Assembly: GCA_951406725.2 (NCBI GenBank)
Contig: OX597816.1
Location: 24,304,001 to 24,368,000, forward strand
Length of the DNA stretch: 64,000 bases
Direction: 5' to 3'
From: Octopus vulgaris
Taxonomy: Eukaryota
Translations under genes and position numbers: made by a program
Shown here: positions 12,088 to 27,770 of the stretch, in pieces
How positions within the stretch are numbered: the stretch's first letter is position 1
Layout: each line of letters opens with the position of its first letter
The notes under the pieces: generated by a model
Told to the model about the DNA's origin: nothing
What the model saw: the letters and a program-made list of their open reading frames with translations, nothing else
Database searches by the model: none

Positions 12088-13235
12088 GTATGTAGACTAT
12101 TTATTGTCGATGTATATAGATATGAACATTAACTCCCACACGTACAAGTATATTCACAGATGCAGAAATATTATGATGCGTATATATATATATATATATT
12201 GATGAATAAGTCTATTTCGGCATATTTAACCTTTAAATGCTGGCCATTGATAAAAAAAATTTTTTCGAAAAAAATTTTATCCTATATTAGATGTATATAT
12301 ATATATATAATTATTATTTAAGGGAATAAAATCCAAACTTACAAGGAAAAAGAATTCAATTTAGAAATACTAACTCAAATTACACACAATATAATATATA
12401 TATATAAACTATTAGAAAAAACCCCACCTTTTATCAATTCAAAATGAATAATTAAATTACACCATCTAGAAAATTACATATAATAGAAAAGTTAAAATTA
12501 AAATAACAATAAAATGTAAAGATTAAGTAAATTACAAAAATAATAAATATGTATATAATAGGTAGAAAAACATATATAAAAACATGTTTGTTTCCCAACC
12601 ACATGTTTAGGTCTTACTGCACAGCACTTTGAGTTAATGTCTTCTAATATAGGCCCGGGTTGATCAGAGCCTTGAATGGATTTGCTAGACTGAAACTGAA
12701 AGAAAACCCTCGTATATGCACATATATATGTATATGTGTGTTTGTTCCGCCACCGCTTGGCAGCCGGTGTTGGTTTCTTTACGTCCCTTAACTTACCGGT
12801 TAGGCCAAAGAGACTGATAGCCTAAGTACCAGACTTAAGAAAAACTAAAGAATTGGAGTCGACTAAGCCCTTCAAGATACTTCCCAGCATGACCCCAGTA
12901 TCCCCTTAGTCTAATGACTGAAACAAATAAAAGAGAAAAGATAAATGTCCCCGACCTTCTTATCGATCCTACACGGCTGATAAAAGAAATGGAGGAAAAA
13001 TACAATGATTCGTAGAGTTAGAGGAAATTTTGCTGTAAGCATTTTTGCCGAATGAAAATTCGCCGCGAGAAATTACATTTTAAATGACCTCATCACGTGT
13101 TTTTTTAATGTTTTACGTTAAATAAAGACTTACTTATTTAATACTTTTATAAAACATTTTATCATTCTTTTCTTTTAAATAAAAAAAAAATGCTGATATA
13201 AGACTGTCGAATATGTCCTGGAAAATTTTTTGGTT

Positions 13236-13360
13236 CAGTGAAATTTCTTACGGCAGAATTTCTTATACAGTGAAAATTCTTACGGCAATTTTTCTTATAC
13301 AGTGAAATCTCTTGCGCAAATTTTCCTATTCAGTGAAATTTCTTACAACAAATTTTCCGG
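13236..13360. repeat. Four ~32-bp degenerate tandem units (CAGTGAAATTTCTTACGGCA..TTTTCTTATA), probably internal to a non-autonomous DNA element
   Basis: The CAGTGAAA anchor recurs at 13236, 13268, 13300 and 13332. Confidence 0.7.
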
Positions 13361-14413
13361 ATACGGATTCATAGTTTGCACTCAGAAAACGAAACCTGAT
13401 CAGAAAGTTAAGAACAGAGTAAACTCCACTAACCTCTCAGAGGTTAGGTGTTAATATTAGAGGTGATAAAGGTTTTTCGTATGCAAGCCGCAGGGCTCGC
13501 TCTGAACACTCTAATTTTTTCTGTCAACGCACCGGCTGCCTCAGATATTCGGCGAATATCACTCCCGGTAGAACCGTGCGAGCTGAGACAACCAGAAGTT
13601 GGCGGAGTAAATTTTAGTGTTATTTTGTAAATAACGCTGTATAACAGGATTTTTGTCCTTGAGTAGCAACTGTTATTTGCTGTTTACTTGTTCTTACAAA
13701 GTATGAAAAATCGTTAATATTTCCATGAAACTTCGCTTTTGTTACATTTATTCAAACCCCAAAGAATCCCTCTCAATACATTGCTATGATGCTCCCCCAC
13801 TACTCATGGACATCATCAGAGATACACATACTGTCAACCACTAAGGGACATGTTCAAGTAGTTAGGGTCAAGCAACTGGCAAGCAAATCTGTGACATTGA
13901 GCAGAATATTTGCTATAACGATGTTTCTGCTTCAACAACTCAGCGCTGAATCCGTCTGAAATGTAATGGAAAATAGGTCACTTTAAAAATATTCATGTAC
14001 AGGTCACAAAAACAAATTTTGAGGGGCAGAGTGGTTTGATTTCTAGATAGAAGCAAATAGTAAATAACACTTGCAGACCAAAGGACAAAAAATAAAATAA
14101 CAATTTTGTTACACAGTGTAATTAATAGCAACAGAAGCAGTATCGATACAAGAAGAATAATTTATATCTCCAGCTAAACATGGAGGTTGTGTTTGGGACA
14201 CACAATACTGCGTTATTTATCTTGAGAAAGTCTCTGATATGGACTTGTGGTGCATAAAATCACTTGTATATATATTGATGACAGACGAGAACCGTCTGCT
14301 ATGGCCGCCGGAAATGCTAAGTCACATGATTTCGCTCTGGTTTGAGCTCTTTCATTAACAGATATCCGGTCGCGTCATAACAGCCGAATCTCCCGTCAAC
14401 GATATATATAAGA

Positions 14414-14803
14414 CTAGCAGTATCACCTGGCGTTGCACGGGTTTGTTTCGACCCTTTAGAATTGGAATTTTTGAAAAGTAAAAATTTTGCATTATTGTAG
14501 CTTGTTATTCTCTTTAAGTGAACATTTTTCTGGTTGAAATACACCGAAAAATGGCGACACAGCAGTCAAAAAACCGTAAAAATAGGGATTTTCATAGAAA
14601 AAAAGCACCTTTTTTATGTAAATAATTTTTGGTGTTAACATGATCCGATTTGAATTTTATCTTCTACGGAATGAAGAGCAAGCCTTCTTCTATCATACTT
14701 TCAATTTTGGTTAATTTGTGCCGCAGGGTCTCGGAGGAGATAGTGTTAGTTGAAGGCTACCAAACCTGCCACACACAGACAACTTCAGCTTTATATATAT
14801 AGA
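14414..14803 (-). mobile_element. Non-autonomous Helitron
   Basis: The minus strand starts A|TCTATATATATAAA and ends with a GC-rich hairpin (CCCGTGCAACGCCAGG) and CTAG|T. It is inserted in an AT dinucleotide with no TSD. Confidence 0.8.
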
Positions 14804-15449
14804 TTAGCGTCTGTTCTGGAACTGATGTCGCAAATAACTAGTGAGCTTATTAAAAAAATAATTTATTGCAACAGAATCAATATGAATACTAAAACGTAAC
14901 CGTTATTTCCCTTGAGAGAACCTCTCCTATGGACTCATGGCGCAGAGGTAAATTTGGTCGTTATTTCTAACACCCATCGAGACACACTCGTTGGCTAAGG
15001 CTTTGATATCTGCTACAACCCGGTTATTTTTAATCTTCGAAATAAAACGACATAGACAAGGATTTATGATGTTAAAAAATCATGTTCACTGTTGACATAG
15101 CCAATTATTTTTTTTGCTATGCTTACACCAGACTCCATTCATATTTGGCTTTTCAATCGATATCCACATGCATCGCTCATTGCGGCAGAGTTATTTTCTT
15201 ATTCGAATCACAAACAATATACGAATAAAAGTATATACGAATGGGTGAACGAATAAAGGAATTCGCGAATGAATGAATGTTCTTTTTTTTATTGTGAACA
15301 TTTAAGCGAAAATGTTTTATATTTGCTGAAGAATAATATTTGTAGCATTTGATGATTTATTAATACAACCGGAAATTAAATATAAATTTAATTTAAAATG
15401 TTTGCACTTACTATTTACTTATTTATGTGTTTATTTCCTTATATGTTCC

Positions 15450-16200
<751 letters not shown>

Positions 16201-16543
16201 GTGTACGTCTGTATATGTTTGTTCTCGCATAGAATTGCAGTCACTAGGTGTTTGTGTACACAATTTCTTATCTCACCTGCGACGAAGTACATTATGTCTA
16301 TAATAAAGGATTTATAGATCACACTTCTGGCTTTCAGCTAATTATTATCAAATAAACGTGACAGGCTCTTCAAACTGTTAGAAATAACAACCAAATGTCA
16401 CTTTTGTCACATAACACTGCCTTTAAAGAGGAAGAGATACATCAAATTACGTACGTCCTCATACATATACGAAAACAAGGCATGAATGTGGATGTCTGGT
16501 CATTTGGTTGGTTAATCAGGGTTAAATGACAACTTCTCTACTT

Positions 16544-16827
16544 CAGTGCTTCTCAAACTATCTGATGTGTCGTACCGGCAAATCTTTTTTTGACAATGTG
16601 TCAGGGACTGGTAATATTTCTTAAATATTAATTTGTACCGGAAACGATATATATAATAATGAATATAATAAAAGTTGACAATTTTTGACATCCTATATTT
16701 ATTTTGTAAACAAATAATACAATGATACATAAGCATTTTATAAGCATTTTAGAATGTTTCTTTCTTTCTGGAAACTCGTCGCGTACGGCAGCTGATGGCT
16801 CGCGGACCACCACTTTGAGAAGCACTG
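16544..16827. mobile_element. hAT (Charlie-like) MITE
   Basis: Perfect 14-bp TIRs CAGTGCTTCTCAAA / TTTGAGAAGCACTG. The flanking 8-mers CTCTACTT / TTCTACAC are a degenerate TSD with a TCTA core. Confidence 0.8.
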
Positions 16828-16868
16828 TTCTACACTAATGAACATATATTATATATATTTTTTTTTTT

Positions 16869-16919
<51 letters not shown>

Positions 16920-17224
16920 TTTTTTTTTTAAAGAATATATATATATATATATATAAAAGAATATATATATATATTCTTTTATTTTTTATTCTTTTACTTG
17001 TTTCAGTCATTTGACTGTGGCCATGCTGGAGCACCACCTTAAAGGGTTTATTTTTAAGAGGGGACTTATTCTTTATAAGCCTAGTACTTCTATCGGACTT
17101 TTTTGCCGAACCGCTAAGTTACGGGGACGTAAAGACACCAACATAGGTTGTCAAGTGATGATGGGAGACAAACACACACACACATGCACACACACACTCA
17201 CACACGCGCACACACGCACGCACA

Positions 17225-17290
<66 letters not shown>

Positions 17291-17409
17291 CGACGGGCTT
17301 CTTTCAGTTTCCGTCTACCAAATCTACTCACAAGGCTTTAGGTTTATAGTAGAAGACACTTGCCCAAGGTGCCACGCAGTAGGATTGAACCCGGAACCAT
17401 ATATACATA

Positions 17410-17670
17410 GTCTAGCGGTGGTCTGCTCCTAGGTAGGTTCTGTGCATGTGAACCTTTTCTAGCACTCCTTATACGATCTGAGAGGACCCGTACCCCCTCC
17501 TGCCACCGTTAAGTAGATTACTGGAACCTCGGTTACCATAATTAGACTTGGGTGAATACCGGTTTGGGTTTCCGTTGCCTTCTCCAGGTAGATAGGATTT
17601 GAACTCAGAATTTTGAGAGCCAGAAGATATATCATCGTAAAGTATCTCTGACGACGTGGCAACGTGAAAT
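17410..17670 (-). mobile_element. Additional SINE-like family (second copy at ~47615-47870)
   Basis: Both sites share GTGAACCTT...TAGATTACTGGAACCTCGGTTACCATAA...GGATTTGA(A/G)CTCAGA; the last block is an antisense B-box. Confidence 0.65.
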
Positions 17671-18194
17671 AAAGTTCCCGCTCTGGGAATCGAACCTGCG
17701 CTTAACCACTAGGCCACGCGCCTTCACTACACACACACACATTATTTGTTTCAGTCATTAGACTTCGGCCATGCGGGAGCACTGCCACGAACAATTTTAG
17801 TCAAACGAATTGACCCCAGTTCTTATTTATTTTTTAACATGGCACTTATTCTATGGGGGTCTTTGGCCGAACTGCTAAGTTACGGGAACGTAAACACACC
17901 AGCCTCCAGGTGTCAAGCGGTGGGGGTTGGGATAAACACACATACACACACACACACATACACACATACTCACAAGCTTTCTGTTGGTTCGAGGCTACAG
18001 AAACTTGTCCAAGGTGTCACGCAGAGGGACCGAACCTAGCATCTTATAACTGGGAAGTAAGCAACTTAACCATACATCATGCTTGCGTCTATGTTCTAAT
18101 GAGAGGACACGGCGCATTCATCATAAATACTTTCGGTTGAAACCATGTTAACCAAATGACAAAGTAGCCAAAAGCCATATTCGTAGAAAGACAT

Positions 18195-18530
18195 GTTGTT
18201 GTTTGTTTCATCCTTTAGAAGGAACAGTTGTTTGTTCCTTCTCGAGGCACGCCTGGCTCATAGGGTCGGTTTCCCGGTTTCCTTGGCGCATAGGTTCCCC
18301 ACCTGGATGGGACGCCGGTCCGTCGCAGGTGAGCTGCAAGATGCAGGAGGAAGGAGTGAGAGAAAGTTGTTGCGAAAGAGTCAACAGAAGCTCGCCACTA
18401 TCTTCTGCCGGAGCCGCGTGGAGCTTAGGTGTTTCGCTCATAAACACACACATCGCCCGGTCTGAGATTCGAACCCGCGATCCCTCGACCGCGAGTTCTC
18501 TGCACTAACCACTAGGTCATGTGCCTCCAC
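18195..18530 (-). mobile_element. SINE family C full copy with 10-bp TSD
   Basis: AGAAAGACAT lies at 18185-18194 and 18531-18540. Confidence 0.88.
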
Positions 18531-18906
18531 AGAAAGACATATTAGTCGAAGAAAATTCCACAATATTCCATAATAGCAATTTTCAAATGAATACAATGAT
18601 GGAAACAGGACATTATTTTGACATTTTTTTCAGTGAATATTCAAAACAAAATTCGGCTTCCGCAGTCTAATCGATTTTATATGTTAATTTATATTTCTAA
18701 ACCAACCAGGTAGATTTTTTTTCGAATTGTCCAATTCTGACCTTTAAAAAACTTGGCCCGCCATCGTCTATTACTTTCTTTACATCATTTGTATATTTCT
18801 GACCAATCGATGGTCAGCTGTTTTGACGTTCTTTTTACAAAAGAATTCAGCTATACTTGGGAGACTGTTTTATGTAATAAATGTGGACGAGATTACTTCG
18901 TTTCCA

Positions 18907-19473
18907 TTAGGTTGTCCGGAAAGTTCGTGCCGATTTTTAAATGAAAGAAAAGGATCAATAAATACTTGCCATTGCATTTTTAATCAACCAAATATGAACC
19001 ATCTTATTGCACAATGCGTCTCCGTCTTTCCTTTAACTTGAAAATACCCTCTTCCCAGAATTGAGGTGGTTTCATGGCAAAGAATTCATCAAGGTATATT
19101 TTTATGCCATCCAAGGAATTGAAACTTTTACCATTAAGACTATTCTGCAGAGACCTGAATAAGTTGAAATCCGAAGAAGCAATATCTGGTGAATACGGAG
19201 GGTGGGGTAACACATCCACAGCCGAGCTGCAGCAATTTTTGTCTGGTTCCCAAAGCATTAAGTGCCGAAAATGAACTTTCTTATCTTCCATGTTAAAGGG
19301 TTACAGAATTAACACAGGTTATAGGAATATAAACCTTCTTCCACGAAAAGATAGCTTAAACTGTACTCTAAATGGAGGTGTAGTCAAATCCCATTTTATG
19401 GACTCAACCATGTTCTAAAATAAGTGGAAAGGTAAGCTACTATAAATCGGCACGAACTTTCCGGACAACCCAA
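18907..19473 (-). mobile_element. Internally deleted mariner (DD34D) element, 567 bp
   Basis: TIRs are TTAGGTTGTCCGGAAAGTTCGTGCCGATTT and AAATCGGCACGAACTTTCCGGACAACCCAA|TA. ORF 19004-19291 joins the transposase N-terminus MEDKKVHFRHLMLWE to the C-terminus HPPYSPDIASSDFNLF...GIFKLKERRRRIV. Confidence 0.92.
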
Positions 19474-19757
19474 TAGATTTGTGTTGTTGCGGTAGATACT
19501 TGTGGGTCGGACACTGTCTCATTATTTGCTAGCATTGTTCGTTTATTCTCTAAACTTCTTTTAGAGATGCATTTTCCGACATTATATTTATAATTGTGTG
19601 TGTATTCTTTTCGTTCTGGGCTCAAATTAGGCCGAGGTCGACTTTGACTTTCATCATTTCGAAGTCAATGAAATCAGTACCAGCTATACACTGTGGTCGA
19701 TGTAATAGACTATCCCCTCATATATTGCACACAGACACACATATTACACACCCACAC

Positions 19758-19795
<38 letters not shown>

Positions 19796-20022
19796 ACACA
19801 CGCACGCACGCACACACATTAGTTATGCAAGTGTCTTCAATTATAGCTTCGAGCCGACCAAAGTTTTGTGGGTAGATTTGGTAGACGGAAACTGAAAGAA
19901 GCTCATCTCAAGTGTGTGTATGTATGCGTGCGTCATTGTGTCTGTATTTATTCCCACCACCATACATACACACACACATACATACATACATACATACATA
20001 CATACATACATACATACATACA

Positions 20023-20058
<36 letters not shown>

Positions 20059-20185
20059 TATAATGAAGAGAAATAACCTTTATTAACATATATTATATGT
20101 TGTGAAATTTGATTTGGAATTACTAAATTGAATTTTTCCCTGTAAGTTTGGAATTATATTCCCTACTATTATATATATGTGTGTG

Positions 20186-20268
<83 letters not shown>

Positions 20269-20360
20269 GTGTGTGTGTGTTTGTGTGCATATATATGCAC
20301 ACACACACACATGCATCTATATGCATATACTGTATATGTATTTCTCTCTCACTGTATACA

Positions 20361-20406
<46 letters not shown>

Positions 20407-21077
20407 CATATACATAAATGCATTGATACAGTCATGCATACTTACATACCCACGCACACATATTTTTTCATGTGCAAATGAGAGAAAAACTAATGCATGT
20501 ACAGTATATATATATAGCAATAATTTGAGCCGACGAAATGTATATATATATATATATGTGTGTGTATGTCTGTGCGTGTGTATGTGTATGCACATATATG
20601 TAAACACATGCATGTATATCTATACATATATTCGTATGCACACACCCACATGTCTGTATGTGTATGTGTGCGTGTGTTTTATATGTATGCATTTACGTAT
20701 GCACATCAATATACTGCATAGTGTATATGCACTTATGTAAGCACGTATGTATGTATGTTCGTCTATCTGTCTGTCCGTATATACGTACATATATAGCTTT
20801 TGAAGTGATGTGATAAAGTCACTGTTTTACGTAATGCCCTGAATTTTTTTTTTTGTGTTCTTTGTTTATTATTTTCCAAGTTAAGTTCAATAATCGATAA
20901 AGCATTACAATACTTCATTTACTAGCACAAACATCCATTTTCAAATTGGAATGTTTCAGCTAAACATTTCATCTCTAAAGACAAATATATTTACTAGTCT
21001 GTCGCCATTATTTTCTCTTGATAACAAAGATACAGAGACAGTTAGGATGGGAGAAAAATAGATAGATAGATAGATAT

Positions 21078-21126
<49 letters not shown>

Positions 21127-21273
21127 ATAATTAGAGAGGCCGGGAGAAAGATGGAGAGAATAAGCTTCTGCGGAAGGAAGATAGGTAGGGCTATAGTACA
21201 AAGTAGAGATAGTAATGTGTGCTAGAGAGAATTAGAAAAAAAGAGGAGAAAAAGGAAAGAGTGTGTATGAGCA

Positions 21274-21325
<52 letters not shown>

Positions 21326-21488
21326 AGGGAGGAGTGAGAGACTAGAAGTGGAGGAAATGCAAGGAGGAAGTGGAGGATGGGGTTGTAACATTCAGAAGAT
21401 AGATAAAACAGAAAGAAAGGGTTATGGCCGTAAGAGAGCTGCAGGACTAAAGAGAACGTTATATACATTATTATTATTATTATTATTA

Positions 21489-21537
<49 letters not shown>

Positions 21538-21559
21538 AATTATTTTTATATGAAAACCC

Positions 21560-21850
21560 ACATCTTATTTTGCTGGGTATGCTGGAAAGTGCCATCTGTC
21601 CACAACCAGCAGACTAAGGTGACATTTGTTTACTGGTCATGCTTCAAGAACCCTGCGAACAATTCTTGCAGTTCCAAGCAATGCCAATTTTTGCATGGGT
21701 TCTATCTTCACACTTGCAACAACCTTTTTCAGCCATGTTAGTAATTGAGTGCTAACACTTCCAAGTGCACCAATTATTACTGGTATCACGTCTACTCTCT
21801 TCATTGAAAACAACCTTCTTATTTCCCACTTCAAATTGTCATAGTTGTTT
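21560..21850 (-). mobile_element. 3' end of R4/Dong-like non-LTR retrotransposon (RLE domain C-terminus)
   Basis: Reads NYDNLKWEIRRLFSMKRVDVIPVIIGALGSVS...MQKLALLGTARIVRRVLEA*, followed by a short UTR and a (TAA)n tail at 21468-21537. Confidence 0.75.
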
Positions 21851-21881
21851 ATTTAAATTTTTTTTAAATTTTATTGTTATT

Positions 21882-22414
21882 GAGTGAGAGAGTCGTGCAT
21901 GCCATCAAAGTGATACAGGGGTAAAATATACGAAGCCCAGTATACCCATCATGACTACCCGTCTGATAAGGGTACACTAGGCACATGCATCACAACCATG
22001 TGTGCGCGACATAGTGATTTCATATCAGGATAAACAGCGCATGACCTTGCAGGTGGGGCCCAGTTAGAATTTTCTTCAGGTCGAGTAGCCCATCCCTCTC
22101 CAATGGTCCTTGAATAAGGCTTGTTTAAGGATGGATGTTGAACGAAACACCCATGTTTCCAGAGGTGAATTATTCAAACTCCAAAGAATTCCTTTTAACA
22201 CATGGTGATGATGCTCCCCACCCCACTATGCTCGTGGTCAGAGATGCACATATTGTCAGCCACTAAGGGACATGCTCAAGTGGTTAAGGCCAAATAACTG
22301 ACAGGCAAATCTGTTGCTATAGCCCGTCTTTTCTACCCAGATAAAACAAAGTACATGATAACACTTCCAATCAGTTAAGATGAGAAGCCATGAAAGTCAC
22401 TGCCTGGTACTGCA
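21882..22414 (-). mobile_element. ~550-bp non-coding interspersed element bounded by (AAT)n
   Basis: Same sequence as 33231-33755, 55007-55560, 56315-56804, 63470-64000 and partial 13750-13918. Confidence 0.85.
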
Positions 22415-22417
22415 AAC

Positions 22418-22530
<113 letters not shown>

Positions 22531-22532
22531 TA

Positions 22533-22580
<48 letters not shown>

Positions 22581-22588
22581 CATCATCA

Positions 22589-22643
<55 letters not shown>

Positions 22644-24898
22644 AAAACAGTTTGATTCGGCTCTATGCATCTTAAAGCTACGTAGGTTTCTTGTAGAAAC
22701 CTGGTTCGGCCAGGCTACATATATATATAGGAAGAAAGAGAGAGAGAGAGAGGGGGGGGCAAAAAGAATGAGTGAAAGATAGCTATGTTCCATTCCTTGC
22801 TAGCAAACAGGAGTAATATGAGAATTAGAAATGGAGAGAAATAGTCGGAGAAAAAGAGGTGGGCGGTTAACACTAGCATACAAGATATGTATGTAAAGAG
22901 AGATGGAAACAAGTAGTGCGTGTGAGAGAGAGAGGAAGGATAGAATGACAGTAAATAGGGCTGAGAGAGAGAGCGCGGATGAATGAGTGATACATACAGA
23001 CATGTTACTCTCGGAAATAAGAGAGAAAGAAACAGAGAACTACACACGAAGAGAAAAATGTGAGATTTTAAGAATATAAGAGACAGAAAAATGAATTAAC
23101 GAACGGTGGGTAGACGTGAAGAGAAGTCTGTAGGTGTCTGTGTCTGTATCAGTGGCTGTGTTTATGATAAATACAGTATTTCTGTTGGTGTTGTATACCT
23201 TAATATTTTGAACGGATAGCGATCAATGACAGACGTATCAGGCTGCAAGTATCGACTGGTGTTGATATGATAGATTAAAACTCTTGAAAGCAAAGCGGCG
23301 CACCAGAATGGCTGCAGTCCAATGACTGAAACCAGTAAAGGTGTTAAAATAGTATAGAGTAGAAGTGATTATATTCGTGGCGCAGGACAACGAGGGCTAA
23401 TAATAGTAAAAATAAAAGGAGACAAAATAAGAGAACGTTAGAGTAAGACTGAAACACACACACACACGCACATTATTTCTTTGAATTATTGGACTGCGGC
23501 CATACTGCAGTACTGCCTTGAAGGGTTTTAGTCGAACAAAAGACCTCAGTACAATTCTTTTACACGTTAATTTCACGAGCAGGCTGTTCTGTTGATCGAA
23601 TCAACTGAAACACTCGTCGTCGTAAGCGACAGAGAGCCAAGCCTTTGTGATCACGGTAAGTCCATAGTCGAAGATTTATATAGAAGGGCAGGTCACGGGT
23701 AGATCATAGGCAGGGGTACTTATATGCTATTGTTTGGGCTCATTCTCGCTGGTATGTTAGCACAGGCGAAGATTTATATAGGAGGTCAGGTCACGAGTAG
23801 GTCATAGGCAGGTCACATTCAGTAGTTGTGTTGAAAGCGTTGCTGGATCTAGTCATATTGCTTTTGCTTGGTAGGTTACTCCAAGGAAAATAACATCACT
23901 AGGTGAGACAAGCTGGCACTGAATTAGCCTCGTTGATTGACAGGCGGCGGTATCGTTTAGAGAATGCGTGGGCTAAGACTACGCGCCTTCATTGGCCAGT
24001 TAAAGTTGAGACAATGTCACGCGACAACTTGCTGGGGGCTGCCTGCTGTAGCCTAGCGGCAGGTATTTAAAGGGAAATTTGACAAGACAGTCAGTCACCC
24101 GCTAACACTCGTTAACGCTACATCGAAGAGGCCTGGGAACAGAAGAAAGAAGAAGAAAGAAGACATGCACCCAACACCAGAGCTGAAGACACCTCCGAAA
24201 GGGAGGGCCCCGCCACGTCAAAACGTTAGAGGAGTAGGGGCCGAAACCGGACGTGGTTCCTCCTGATGGTGTCTTGAGCTAACTGGATCCTATAAAGGAG
24301 TTGTTGTGGTAACAGACCACGAAACACGATTGAAATTCCTATATTATGTTCGCTACTTATGCTATAGTTAGGATCCACTCTCAAGTATGCAAATACATTT
24401 GCGATAGGTTACAATTGTCTCGGAGCACGGATCAAAGATATATTAAAATTCAGTGATTTATATGAAACGATCGCATCTTAAACATATTCTCAACAAAGGA
24501 AGTGGTTTGTTTTAAAGTACTCGCTTTGCAGATAAAGAGGATTATTATTTAATGCCATTGTAAATTTCAGTGTAATTACATATTCTTCATCAGTAACATG
24601 ATACAAATAAGTGCTTGTGTAGCTACAGACTTTATACGCATCTGAGTTCGCAAGCATAGATCTCGCCATATGCATACACATACACACATACATTTCAACT
24701 TCATTTACGAGCATTATCATTTATAGTGATATACATACGTGCACGCACATACACAATATATATATGCATATATAACAAATTTAGGAATGGCCTTAACAGG
24801 CCATTCGTCCACCAGAGAGAGCAGCCAGAACTCAAACCGCCAAGTAGTAGTAATTCAGAAATTAGGTGAAAATTTAAAAACGTTTACCCTAATTCATC

Positions 24899-24995
24899 TT
24901 TTAGACGATGCATCGTTTCTGTGTTTTTAATGATAAACCAGCTTAATTAAATTAAATTAAGCTAATCTACCATAGGTCACACTTCATCAGTAAAA
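24899..24995 (-). ncRNA. Type I hammerhead ribozyme motif (canonical core) in a short Penelope-like repeat (~24770-25165)
   Basis: Minus strand: stem I UUUUA, core CUGAUGA, stem II (GUGU..ACAC plus a 19-bp extension with four G-U pairs), GAAA, palindromic stem III ACGAUGCAUCGU, C17, then UAAAA. Confidence 0.75.
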
Positions 24996-25496
24996 AACCT
25001 GGGAGAGACAAATATACACGAAGCGTCTGTATCAATGCCTCCGGAATATCTCTCTTAAAATTTTCAAGACCAACGTAGTCTTTGACTATTTTCTCTTTTC
25101 CACTAGACCGCTGGTAGCGATAAATTTCTATTGAATTTTTTGCTACCCTAAGTTGATTAATTTATATGCATATATATATATACATATCTATATATATATA
25201 TCTATAAATATATATATATAAGTTTGGAAATGTTGACTACCTTGTGTTATGTTTCGATGGCGCTTGGTCGAAGATGCAAAGGGTAGATTTCTAGCATTTT
25301 CAAATTTATAATTCTCGAAATATTATGTCGATGAAGGAAATGAATTTTTTATAATTCTAATCCAGAAACGCGTCCATAATAAATCGTAGACTGTTTGATT
25401 TCATTATGTTTTCTTCTTTTGCCTATGTGAGTTACAAATATTGTTGTTTCTAAATTTTCGGTATGTAGTTAAGCAACTTTTTGCTAAACCTTTAAT

Positions 25497-26019
<523 letters not shown>

Positions 26020-26074
26020 TCCGGGAACGCTGCCGTTGTTCTCTTTTAGAGAGACTTAGTAATTTTAATATTTC

Positions 26075-26139
<65 letters not shown>

Positions 26140-26901
26140 TATGTATGTGTGTATACACAAATCCGTGCACACACGTATATATGCATACATATACACACGT
26201 TTATATTCACACATACGTACACACGATACGCATCGGTACGGATATGAATAAATATATTCAAAGATAAACACCTAAGGGTATGTACCTAGATAGACATACA
26301 CATGCATACATACACTTACAGGTATGCTTATACGTATGTACTTACATGTAAGTATACACGCACATTATACAAATATTTATACGTTTATGTAAATATAGAT
26401 ATTTACATAAGCCTATGTAAATATCTATATAAACGCCTCAATGTTTGTATTAATTTTATAGATATACACAGATATACATTTACATATATATGCAGAAACG
26501 AGTGGCTGTGTGGTAAGTAACTTGCTTACCAACCACATGATTCTAGGTTCAGTCCCACTGCGTGGAACCTTGGGCAAGTGTTTTCTACTATAGCCTCGGG
26601 CCGACCAAAGCCTTGTGAGTGGATCTGGTAGACGAAAACTGAAAGAAGCCCGTCGTACATATGTATATATATATGTGTATGTGTGTGTGTGTGTGTATGT
26701 TTGTGTGTCTGTGTTTGTCCCCCCAACATTGCTTGACAACTGATGCTGGGGTGTTTACGTCCCCGTAACTTAGCGATTTGACCGATAGAATAAGTACTAG
26801 GCTTACAAAGAATAAGTCCTGGGGTCGATTTGCTCAACTAAAGGTAGTGCTCCAGCATGGCCACAGTCAAACACACAAACACATACATACACACACATAC
26901 A

Positions 26902-26969
<68 letters not shown>

Positions 26970-27044
26970 CATACATATATGCATTCATATATATATACAT
27001 ATATATCCAAATGTATACATATATACATACATATATACATATAA

Positions 27045-27128
<84 letters not shown>

Positions 27129-27193
27129 TTGTATGTATGTATGTAAGTATGCATGCATGTATGTATGTATGTATGTATGTATGTATAGATAGT

Positions 27194-27242
<49 letters not shown>

Positions 27243-27303
27243 GGATGGATGGATGGATGGATGGATGGATGGATGGATGGATGGATGGATGGATGGATGG
27301 ATG

Positions 27304-27374
<71 letters not shown>

Positions 27375-27691
27375 GGATAGATAGATGAATGGATAGTTGC
27401 GAAGTTTGAAAAACCGAAGTCATTTTACAGTTTGTATAAGCAAGGCTTCGATGTAACTGTCGAACTTTTCGATGTGAAAATAAAATATGCTGCTACACAG
27501 AAAGGTATTGAGAGTTATAACGTTTGGCTGTTCTTATATATATATAACTAAGCTTTAAAATAAATATTGATATATGGACACGTGTCCTTGAGTGTGTATG
27601 CGGGTGTGGTCGTGCATGTATGTGTGTCTGTGCGTATGGGTGTGTGTATGTAAGTATGTATCTACACACGTATTCATACACCCCCACACAG

Positions 27692-27770
<79 letters not shown>

